Shown here: piece by piece, positions 7,818-14,339 of the stretch
Layout of the letters: each line of letters begins with the position of its first letter
Numbering within the stretch: position 1 is the stretch's first letter
Source: a virus
Taxonomy: Duplodnaviria > Caudoviricetes
Virus record (IMG/VR): IMGVR_UViG_3300022719_000123
Coordinates: 1-43,313 of that record
Length of the DNA: 43,313 nt
Reading direction: 5' to 3' (one strand)
Notes under the pieces: model-generated
Told to the model about the DNA's origin: nothing
Databases searched by the model: none
What the model saw: only the letters and a program-made list of their open reading frames with translations
Position numbers and translations under genes: made by a program

Positions 7818-8396
7818 TTATGAGTTGTCTATTTCGCTATTAATCTTATCAAGCATTGATTTAGTTTCTTTATGCCCTGGCACGACTCGACGTGCTGGGG
7901 TTTTGTCGTTTATGGGGTTAAGGTTTTTTGTTTCAGCGTCGATAACCCAGGATAGTATCGCACGATAGTCGGATTTGTAACGTTTACCAGTCGATCCTTT
8001 ATAATTGTCTAACCTGTCAACACATTTTTTTGCTAGTTGTTTACCCAGTTTTTGTGTCAGTTGTTGGGCTTGATTGCGTGAGAGTGAGACATTTTCCCTG
8101 ACCTTTATTTGCACATCATTTTCGTCAATGGGTTTAGCTGTTTTTTTCTTGTTTCTGCGTATTCTGCGATCGGCGGTGGCTCCATTTTTGTCTTTGTTGC
8201 TGTATTTGTTGAGCCAGTTGATGACCGCTGCTAGGTCGTACCTGATTGTTCGATGCCCTAGTTTAATTTGCGGCATACCTAGCTGCACTAATTCCCTAAC
8301 CTTTTTGTCTGACATACGTAGAGCTTTAGCTAGTTCTTTTGTGGTTAATATTGGCGAATCTGGTGTCATGTTGACGCTGCTCCATAGTTGTGTCAT
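7818..8396 (-). CDS. Xis/AlpA-type HTH fused to a replication-initiator-like C-terminal domain
   Basis: N-terminal LTTKELAKALRMS...MPQIKLGHRTIRYD is HTH_17-like. C-terminal VSLSRNQAQQL...RLDNYKGSTGKRYKSDYRAILSW resembles phage replisome-organiser C-termini. The start may be 8369. Confidence 0.65.
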   Translation of the reverse strand: MTQLWSSVNMTPDSPILTTKELAKALRMSDKKVRELVQLGMPQIKLGHRTIRYDLAAVINWLNKYSNKDKNGATADRRIRRNKKKTAKPIDENDVQIKVRENVSLSRNQAQQLTQKLGKQLAKKCVDRLDNYKGSTGKRYKSDYRAILSWVIDAETKNLNPINDKTPARRVVPGHKETKSMLDKINSEIDNS

Positions 8397-8405
8397 AGGT
8401 GCCCA

Positions 8406-8446
8406 ATGGCGGTCGATGGCGGTCTATGATGTGCTGATGACGGACT
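8406..8446. repeat. Helically phased short direct repeats upstream of the HTH/initiator gene
   Basis: ATGGCGGTC at 8406 and 8416, with degenerate ATGATGTGC at 8426 and ATGACGGAC at 8437. Confidence 0.5.
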
Positions 8447-8473
8447 ATAAGCGTAAGTTACGGAGATAGCAAT

Positions 8474-8656
8474 ATGAAATGGGCGACGTTAATTTGTGCT
8501 GTGATATTAGTGAGTTGGTATTTAGCGACTCAAACGGTCGAGTCTCGCTGTGACGCTAATCGAGGCGCTCAGTGTTTGATGGACGAGGATTGTGGTTTTG
8601 GGTGTGATTGTATGAATGTTGGTGGTGTGTGGGGCACTGATCGTGAGTGTAGGTGA
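8474..8656 (+). CDS. Secreted or membrane-anchored six-cysteine miniprotein
   Basis: GGAG RBS, hydrophobic N-terminus, then C-x7-C-x5-C-x3-C-x-C-x12-C. Confidence 0.7.
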   Translation: MKWATLICAVILVSWYLATQTVESRCDANRGAQCLMDEDCGFGCDCMNVGGVWGTDRECR

Positions 8657-8657
8657 T

Positions 8658-8858
8658 ATGGAAGCCCCTGGAATCTTTATCATTAAGCTGAAACGAATTG
8701 AACCATCACCTGTGTTTGTTGTGATAGCTGATGGTACTGGTGATGCGCTTAGTATGTGTCGGGTTGAGGATGAGCGTTTTTTGTATGAGTCGGTGGATGT
8801 TTATCAGATCGGCTGGGCCCCAATTGGCGATGATGTACGTGTAGTGCTGCGGTTGTGA
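8658..8858 (+). CDS. Hypothetical protein
   Basis: Start reassigned to ATG 8658 (MEAPGIFII) after AGGTGAT, directly after the previous stop. Confidence 0.6.
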   Translation: MEAPGIFIIKLKRIEPSPVFVVIADGTGDALSMCRVEDERFLYESVDVYQIGWAPIGDDVRVVLRL

Positions 8859-8887
8859 TGTAATATAACCCGGTGCCTAGATGGATC

Positions 8888-9060
8888 TGTCCCAAAACCC
8901 TATTGCAAGAATCGTGCCAACTTATGGTGAGCCTCTGCAAAGGGCGGGACATGAGCATCAGGGGCGGGTATGAACTACGATCCCGTTTGCCTGAGTGGAC
9001 CTGCCGCTAGTGCGCTAAACCTTGATGTTATCTCCCAAACGCTTACTAGCGAGGCTACTC
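8888..9060 (+). ncRNA. Candidate structured RNA (or ssDNA) element of three consecutive hairpins
   Basis: Stems TGTCCC/GGGACA + CCCT/AGGG + TTGCA/TGCAA; TCAGG/CCTGA + GGCGGG/CCCGTT; GAGTGG/CTACTC + CCT/AGG + CGCTAGT/ACTAGCG. G-U wobbles favour the plus strand. Confidence 0.5.
8904..8920 (-). promoter_or_regulatory. Sigma54 (-24/-12) promoter, leftward
   Basis: The minus strand reads TTGGCACGATTCTTGCA, a full match to YTGGCACGRNNNTTGCW. Confidence 0.7.
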
Positions 9061-9182
9061 AACCATATGACCTGTCATTTTTAACCATGAAATTTTTGCG
9101 TGGCTGAAATCATTGAAGATATTAGTTGCATCACGTCTAAACCGCACGTTTTGCAAGCCTATTTGTCTACGATAAACCCGCT

Positions 9183-9231
9183 GCGTATAATTATTATACA
9201 CACCAAACCACAGTGTATAACTATTATACAC
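9183..9231. promoter_or_regulatory. Two tandem palindromic operator-like sites, 30 bp apart
   Basis: GCGTATAA-TTA-TTATACAC (9183-9201) and GTGTATAA-CTA-TTATACAC (9213-9231). Confidence 0.65.
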
Positions 9232-9346
9232 AGTTATCTAGTTGTTATTTAAAAGTAATAGCGGAACAAAAAAAGCTCAAGCTCTCGAAACGATCTCCCG
9301 TATCACTCCATCGTAGTTATATCTATTAACTAACCAACTGGAGGTT

Positions 9347-9568
9347 ATGAAAATGGAATACGACATTATAAAAGTGGTTGTATGTGGTTTAGGCGCTGCG
9401 TTGTTTGCGATAGCCGTGTCTGGGTGTGGTGTGACGAATGGGAGTACGACCCTAGGAACCACTGGTTTCTTACAAGAAGTCAACGCCAGGGCAAAATACG
9501 GCGCTCCTATGGACCATCATACGGAGGCTGACAAGCGGAAGCTCGAAGAACAGCTACGGAGGTACTGA
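9347..9568 (+). CDS. Small lipoprotein
   Basis: GGAGG RBS; hydrophobic leader ending in the lipobox-like VSGC. Confidence 0.7.
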   Translation: MKMEYDIIKVVVCGLGAALFAIAVSGCGVTNGSTTLGTTGFLQEVNARAKYGAPMDHHTEADKRKLEEQLRRY

Positions 9569-9717
9569 TGAGCGAGGCGCTAGGAAAGACCATGTTTTGT
9601 GTGATGATATTTATGTCGGGAATGGCAGCAACGATACTACTAGAGAAGTTAATGCTGCTACCTGCGACATGTCAAGTCACAAGCGAAATATTAACTGAGT
9701 ATGGATATAGGAAATAA
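9568..9717 (+). CDS. Small membrane protein (49 aa, not in the ORF track)
   Basis: MSEALGKTMFCVMIFMSGMAATILLEKLMLLP...; TGATG overlap and GGAGG upstream. Confidence 0.6.
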   Translation: MSEALGKTMFCVMIFMSGMAATILLEKLMLLPATCQVTSEILTEYGYRK

Positions 9718-9721
9718 AACG

Positions 9722-9823
9722 ATGCAGCTAGTAATAATTGATAGATATGAGAGCGGTAGTTATATCATGACAACGTACGATCGGTATGGGAGAGTAAAAA
9801 CGGTACGGGGTGTGATACATTAG
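9722..9823 (+). CDS. Tiny hypothetical protein (33 aa)
   Basis: MQLVIIDRYESGSYIMTTYDRYGRVKTVRGVIH; fills the gap up to the terminator. Confidence 0.4.
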   Translation: MQLVIIDRYESGSYIMTTYDRYGRVKTVRGVIH

Positions 9824-9831
9824 AGTCATTA

Positions 9832-9865
9832 GCCGCTCGTCTATTCGTATTCGAGCGGCGTTTTT
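9832..9865 (+). terminator. Intrinsic terminator-like hairpin at a convergent gene junction
   Basis: GCCGCTCG-N12-CGAGCGGC followed by GTTTTT. Confidence 0.55.
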
Positions 9866-10110
9866 ACTCTCTTCCTCATTACACTCGGCTCCTCATCCAA
9901 CTGCTCACAGCACCAATTAAAAGAAAAAACCCCCCAACTATCACTATTAATCCAGCGCCACGAGCTGCGCCTGTACTCATCCTCTAGTGCGAGATCGAGC
10001 AGGGCTCGTTTGAGCATTGCGATTATTAACTGCTGCTCCGGTGTTTTGTCTGAGTAATATGCATGTTGTTTGGTGCGTATTTCGCGTTTCATACAAGCAC
10101 TCACACTCAC
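9841..10110 (-). CDS. Hypothetical protein downstream of the lysozyme
   Basis: 89 aa with PEQQLIIAML..RALLD and FSFNWCCEQLD motifs; abuts the lysozyme stop. Confidence 0.7.
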   Translation of the reverse strand: MSVSACMKREIRTKQHAYYSDKTPEQQLIIAMLKRALLDLALEDEYRRSSWRWINSDSWGVFSFNWCCEQLDEEPSVMRKRVKTPLEYE

Positions 10111-10581
10111 TTACCGATCATGCAGGTCACGCGATATTTTATCATCCCGCATCATCTGACTCAACGTTTGAGCCCTACGTCCCACCTGTTTTGCGTACTT
10201 AGAGTCCACAATCTCGCGAGCGGCTGTTTTGTAATCGTGCACCTCTATCGCGCTTATCATACGCGCAAAGTTTAACAGACGTTTGATGCCTATATTATAG
10301 CACATATCTATCAATACAGATTTACGCACAGTGGAGAGCCGAGTAAAAAATGGTAGACTGGCGATCAACTCACCGACGACCCGCTGTATGTCATGCTCTA
10401 GCAGCATATCTGACTCAGCTAGTGATATACCTAGGCCACTGAGGTTGCGACCGTAGCCGATAGTAGGGTGTCCCTCGAGCGTATCTCCCTTACGCAACGG
10501 TTTGCCCGTAGCATCGTCATACACCGTGAGTCTCAACGACTCGTGGTCTTTTATCATTAATCTAGCCAAATTAGTGTCCAT
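10111..10581 (-). CDS. Phage lysozyme / endolysin (T4-lysozyme-like, GH24)
   Basis: HESLRLTVYDD...PTIGYGRNL catalytic E/D/T pattern, DMCYNIG, SKYAKQVGRRA. Start reassigned to ATG 10581. Confidence 0.9.
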   Translation of the reverse strand: MDTNLARLMIKDHESLRLTVYDDATGKPLRKGDTLEGHPTIGYGRNLSGLGISLAESDMLLEHDIQRVVGELIASLPFFTRLSTVRKSVLIDMCYNIGIKRLLNFARMISAIEVHDYKTAAREIVDSKYAKQVGRRAQTLSQMMRDDKISRDLHDR

Positions 10582-10596
10582 CGGAAAAGTATAGCA
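10582..10596 (-). promoter_or_regulatory. Extended -10 promoter giving a probable leaderless lysozyme mRNA
   Basis: The minus strand reads TG-C-TATACT-TTTCCG-ATG, with no Shine-Dalgarno. Confidence 0.55.
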
Positions 10597-10612
10597 CATT
10601 ACAAAAAAGTCG

Positions 10613-10641
10613 TTGACAAATCGTAGACGAGGGGTTATACT
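10613..10641 (+). promoter_or_regulatory. Sigma70 promoter for the recombination operon
   Basis: TTGACA-N17-TATACT. Confidence 0.8.
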
Positions 10642-10691
10642 AACCACACACTCAGGAGGGGTATATATAGGCATTAAATTAATGAGGGCCA

Positions 10692-11360
10692 ATGACCACA
10701 CAAGATTATATAGACTCGCTGACGTTTGTACGCGGGGAAGGAGATTACGACAAACACCAAGCCTCTATCATGAGCGCCGCTGTTGCTAAGTGGCGATTAG
10801 ATCATGGAGAGCCGCTAGGAGATGCTACCGACAAGCTTGACTGCGTTTGTCCTGTTGTGAGGAGACTAGCCGTCTCAATAAACAACATGGTTTGGTGGAA
10901 AACAGACGGGGAACGAACAAACATACTCAAACCATTAATTGATAATTTGCTAAACACGAAAGGTAGCGACGAATTAATGTGCCGACGAGCATACCGCTGT
11001 GCCGACGTTGCTGTCAGAGAGTTTGCGGCGTCGGCGCTTAGGGCTCGCGGATTTGAGAGTGAGGCTGAGGAGCTAGAGAAACTCGATTCGATAGTAGATA
11101 AGCAGACCGCCATTGATGCTTGTGCTTCTGCTGCTGATGCTTCTTCTGCTTCTGATTTTGCTTCTTCTGCTTCTGATTTTGCTTCTTCTGCTGCTGCTTC
11201 TGCTGCTTCTGCTGCTTCTACTTCTGCTTTTGCGGCTTCTGAGTCTGCTTTTGCTGCTTCTGCTTCTGCTAATAGGCACAAGTCACGAGATCGCTGCATT
11301 GAACTACTACTAGAGCTTTGTGAAATGAAAGACGGAACTAACTCGGAGAAAGGAGACTAG
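10692..11360 (+). CDS. Hypothetical protein with an Ala/Ser low-complexity tract
   Basis: 222 aa; CVCPVVRRLAVSIN motif; A/S tract near the C-terminus. Confidence 0.8.
   Translation: MTTQDYIDSLTFVRGEGDYDKHQASIMSAAVAKWRLDHGEPLGDATDKLDCVCPVVRRLAVSINNMVWWKTDGERTNILKPLIDNLLNTKGSDELMCRRAYRCADVAVREFAASALRARGFESEAEELEKLDSIVDKQTAIDACASAADASSASDFASSASDFASSAAASAASAASTSAFAASESAFAASASANRHKSRDRCIELLLELCEMKDGTNSEKGD
11117..11270 (+). repeat. GCT/TCT triplet low-complexity tract with a 21-bp tandem unit
   Basis: gcttcttctgcttctgatttt occurs twice amid gct/tct triplets. Confidence 0.85.
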
Positions 11361-11460
11361 GGTTGTGGAGACCAATGCGGGTGATTGATCTAGGGTGTTC
11401 AAGGACGTGCCCTTGCGTGACCCCGCTGTTTTATGGAGGTTCTAATTCCGAGTTAGTTCC
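11334..11460 (+). ncRNA. Candidate structured RNA closed by a perfect 14-bp inverted repeat
   Basis: GGAACTAACTCGGA (11334-11347) pairs with TCCGAGTTAGTTCC (11447-11460); internal stems GCGGG/CCCGC and AGGGTG/TGCCCT. Confidence 0.5.
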
Positions 11461-11556
11461 ACCAATGATTTACATATACCCGGTGCACCGGCCCTACATT
11501 TCGCGGAGTGTAGGATGAAGCATCCCGGTGTGGTGGGCACTTTTATAGGAGGAAGA

Positions 11557-12360
11557 ATGAATAGACTAGATATGATACGGCGAGACTATGAGAACTTTAC
11601 GACTAATAGGACACACGCACCGCCACTAATTTATGCCATGAGATTTGCAAACGATATTCGGCTATTGCTCGAAGTCGCCGACGCTTTTACGCACTTCTTC
11701 CACAAGAATAAATGGTCTAGCACACTAAATGTGGAGTGCGAAGAATCCTGGGATAGAATTTGTAAAGCTATGTCCAAACTAGAAGAGGATGTCCAAACTA
11801 GAAGAGGACGAGCGATGGAATGGATTAGTGTTAAGGACAGGTTGCCGGAGAGTGGTAAGGCGGTGCTGACGTATAGCCCGGCATTCCACATACTAATAGC
11901 CTCTTGTGTAAATAATGATGCTCGTATTTGGAGATGGTGGTTTGAGCTCAGGGAAGTAAGGGAAAGCATTACACATTGGATGCCGCTACCGGAGCCACCT
12001 AAATTAGGAGGAAGAGAAATGAAGAAAACAACACCCGAAGAACTAGACGGCTGGATTAAGAGCGGAGTCGATGACGACGGGAGGCCCGTGGTTTGTGTGA
12101 CCGATGAGAAGTTAGGCGGCAAGATGACGAAACTTGAAGCGATAAAGAAACGGCTACTTAATGGTTATCGAGAGGATATATACGGACACCAAATCGGTGA
12201 GATAGCCAATAACGACATCGCCCTGCTGCTGAGGGTGGTCGAGGCTGCAAAAACATACAACGACGTCATAGGGCCACCCATTCGTTGGTGGAACGACGCT
12301 TCCAAAAATGCGTCAGCGGTACTCAATGAGGAGCTGGCAAAACTTGATGAGGACGAGTAA
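11557..12360 (+). CDS. Fused multi-module ORF including a DUF551-like domain
   Basis: Start ATG 11557 after AGGAGG. MEWISVKDRLPE...ITHWMPLPEPP (from 11815) is DUF551-like; further internal starts at 12019 and 12124. Confidence 0.75.
   Translation: MNRLDMIRRDYENFTTNRTHAPPLIYAMRFANDIRLLLEVADAFTHFFHKNKWSSTLNVECEESWDRICKAMSKLEEDVQTRRGRAMEWISVKDRLPESGKAVLTYSPAFHILIASCVNNDARIWRWWFELREVRESITHWMPLPEPPKLGGREMKKTTPEELDGWIKSGVDDDGRPVVCVTDEKLGGKMTKLEAIKKRLLNGYREDIYGHQIGEIANNDIALLLRVVEAAKTYNDVIGPPIRWWNDASKNASAVLNEELAKLDEDE
11770..11807 (+). repeat. Perfect 19-bp tandem duplication
   Basis: atgtccaaactagaagagg x2. Confidence 0.95.
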
Positions 12361-12578
12361 TGGACGCTGGGTTCGTAATCTGTAGTAAGTGCGGGAGGGG
12401 GAGCATTCCGTTACGTTTTACTGCGATCAATGCCACACAGGATGAAATAGAAATGGTTCCCGCTGTTGTGTTTAAGGCATGTCAGGCAAAAAAGTGTGGC
12501 CACGTTATGACCGAGAAAGAGGTCAAAGAGCGCATTAATGCATGGTTTAGTGTTGAAGTAAGGGAGGAAAAGAAATAA
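12360..12578 (+). CDS. Small zinc-ribbon-like protein
   Basis: CSKC ... CQAKKC cysteine pairs; TAATG coupling at both ends. Confidence 0.7.
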   Translation: MDAGFVICSKCGRGSIPLRFTAINATQDEIEMVPAVVFKACQAKKCGHVMTEKEVKERINAWFSVEVREEKK

Positions 12579-13558
12579 TGCAAGTATTAATTGAAAACTG
12601 TCAAGAGAATAAAGAGCAGTGGCTAAAGGCGCGGGAAGGGAAAATCACTGCGACGATGGCGTATGATGCTGCTGATATTGACGAGGGTAGCTCGCCGATG
12701 AATGCTTGGCTTGGTCTACGTGGTGAGCGGGAACCTTTCCACGGCAACGAGTCAACCGAGATAGGCTTGTTATTGGAGGATGATGTAGCCGAGTTATTTT
12801 GCAGGCGCTACATCGAAGACAATCCAGGGGCGGACGTTAAGCTAAATAAATTTGATGTGTTTGGAGTACACGACAAATACGATTTTCTCGGAAGCTCTTT
12901 TGACTGGGAGGTTATAATCAATGGGGAACGTAGTTTACTTGAAACAAAAACGACAAGAGCGAGATTCTTGCCTCAGTGGGAAGATGGAAATGTTCCGAAC
13001 CGATACCGAGCACAGTTGCTGCACGAACTCGCCGTTGACGGAGCAGCGAGACGAGCTTACATCGCCGCACTGGTTTTCGAGCCGACACTCAAATACTCAT
13101 ACATTGACCGGGAAGAAGAGCTTGTGGATGAACTGGTACAACGAGAACTGCGATTGTATGAGCTGTTCAAGCAAGGAACTCCACCGGACCTCAAGAACCC
13201 AACGCAAGAGCATCTTAAGGCGCTTTTTTGGGAGACTGATGAATCGGAAATAATATTGGAGCCGAGGCACCAGGAGATAATCGCATCATACAAATCAGCC
13301 TGTGACCAAGAGAAGCAAGCAAAAGAGCGAAAGGCTAAGTGCCAAGCTGACTTACTGCAATTATGCGGTAAAGCAAAACGTGCTCGGTGTGGCGATTACA
13401 AAGTGAGCATTGTACGAACCGAGTATCAAAACTTCGACACGGCGCGGTGGAAAAAAGAAGACCCAACGCAGTATGAATCGCTGAGAGGGCAGTACGGCAA
13501 GCCTGTGAGTTATATGTATGCGAGAATTAGCGAAAACAATAAGGAGAATAAACGATGA
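12578..13558 (+). CDS. YqaJ-like (lambda exonuclease family) recombination nuclease
   Basis: EQWLKAREGKITAT, G...LE, SSFD...LLETKT and Y.AQL motifs; RecT lies downstream. Confidence 0.9.
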   Translation: MQVLIENCQENKEQWLKAREGKITATMAYDAADIDEGSSPMNAWLGLRGEREPFHGNESTEIGLLLEDDVAELFCRRYIEDNPGADVKLNKFDVFGVHDKYDFLGSSFDWEVIINGERSLLETKTTRARFLPQWEDGNVPNRYRAQLLHELAVDGAARRAYIAALVFEPTLKYSYIDREEELVDELVQRELRLYELFKQGTPPDLKNPTQEHLKALFWETDESEIILEPRHQEIIASYKSACDQEKQAKERKAKCQADLLQLCGKAKRARCGDYKVSIVRTEYQNFDTARWKKEDPTQYESLRGQYGKPVSYMYARISENNKENKR

Positions 13559-13842
13559 ACAAGAAACCTGTTTTAATCACCACAGAGTATAGAGGTGTGT
13601 TTTTCGGGTATGTTGAGGATGATTCAAATTTACCCCAGCAAATCACATTAACAGACGCGCGTATATGTGTGTCATGGAGCCAAGCAACCAAAGGCGTATT
13701 GGGTTTGGCCGATAAAGGGCCGAATGACGATTGTCGCATTGGCGGTAGTGTTCCGAAACTTACGGTGTGGAAGATTACATCTGTTACAGACTGCACGCCA
13801 GAAGCAACAGAGAAGTGGGAGCAAGGGCCATGGAAATATTAG
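13555..13842 (+). CDS. DUF6948-like phage protein
   Basis: VLITTEYRGVFFG...LTDAR..W...GLA..GP pattern, followed by a Gly-rich gene as usual for this family (from recall). Confidence 0.7.
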   Translation: MNKKPVLITTEYRGVFFGYVEDDSNLPQQITLTDARICVSWSQATKGVLGLADKGPNDDCRIGGSVPKLTVWKITSVTDCTPEATEKWEQGPWKY

Positions 13843-14339
13843 CAACACAAGAGCTGATATGGCGAGCACAGATGTTTGGTGCATGTGTAGAGGGGCTGCC
13901 GGATGTTGGTAATAACCTCGATTTTAGACAGCTTCTGTGGCTGTCTGGCACAAAGTGGAATGAGCTAGAAAATCTTGTTGTGCCTGCGTGGGCGCAAGCT
14001 GGCCGTGGCCGTGGCTATGGCGGTGGCGATGGCAGTGGCTTTGGCGATGGCAGTGGCAGTGGCTATGGCAGTGGCTATGGCGATGGCAGTGGCTTTGGCG
14101 ATGGCAGTGGCCGTGGCCGTGGCCGTGGCTATATTGGCTTTGGCTTTGGCGATGGCAGTGGCAGTGGCTATGGCAGTGGCTATGGCGATGGCAGTGGCTT
14201 TGGCGATGGCAGTGGCAGTGGCTATGGCCGTGGCTATGGCAGTGGCTATGGCGATGGCAGTGGCAGTGGCGATGGCAGTGGCTTTGGGCTAGAACTAAAA
14301 AACTGGCCAGGAATTAGCGAGGAGAAAAACAATGAGTAA
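13830..14339 (+). CDS. Glycine-rich (GDGSGSGYG) repeat protein
   Basis: Likely start ATG 13830 (MEILATQEL); long G-x repeat tract. Confidence 0.7.
   Translation: MEILATQELIWRAQMFGACVEGLPDVGNNLDFRQLLWLSGTKWNELENLVVPAWAQAGRGRGYGGGDGSGFGDGSGSGYGSGYGDGSGFGDGSGRGRGRGYIGFGFGDGSGSGYGSGYGDGSGFGDGSGSGYGRGYGSGYGDGSGSGDGSGFGLELKNWPGISEEKNNE
14000..14288 (+). repeat. Hexamer minisatellite (ggcNNt)n
   Basis: ggcagt/ggctat/ggcgat/ggcttt/ggccgt units. Confidence 0.95.

Noticed and set aside
7818-8396. Excisionase as evidence of an integration module
   Set aside because: No tyrosine or serine recombinase is recognisable, and the HTH is fused to an initiator-like domain.
9183-9231. Mini CRISPR array
   Set aside because: Only two 19-bp palindromic units separated by 11 bp, too short for repeat-spacer structure, and no cas genes.
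10802-11313. Poly-Leu, Arg/Ser and EAAK alternative-frame ORFs
   Set aside because: They are shadows of the GCT/TCT low-complexity tract in 10692-11360.
11334-11460. Retron msr-msd or DGR element
   Set aside because: The flanking inverted repeat is suggestive, but no reverse transcriptase (YxDD) ORF and no TR/VR pair was seen.
8860-11540. tRNA genes in the structured intergenic regions
   Set aside because: No cloverleaf with a T-loop GTTCRA in a proper arm and an acceptor stem could be built.
12001-12126. KLGG motifs as ubiquitin-like polyprotein cleavage sites
   Set aside because: LGG is what TTAGGAGG-type Shine-Dalgarno sequence encodes when read in frame (the same occurs at 6507-6515), and no protease gene is seen.
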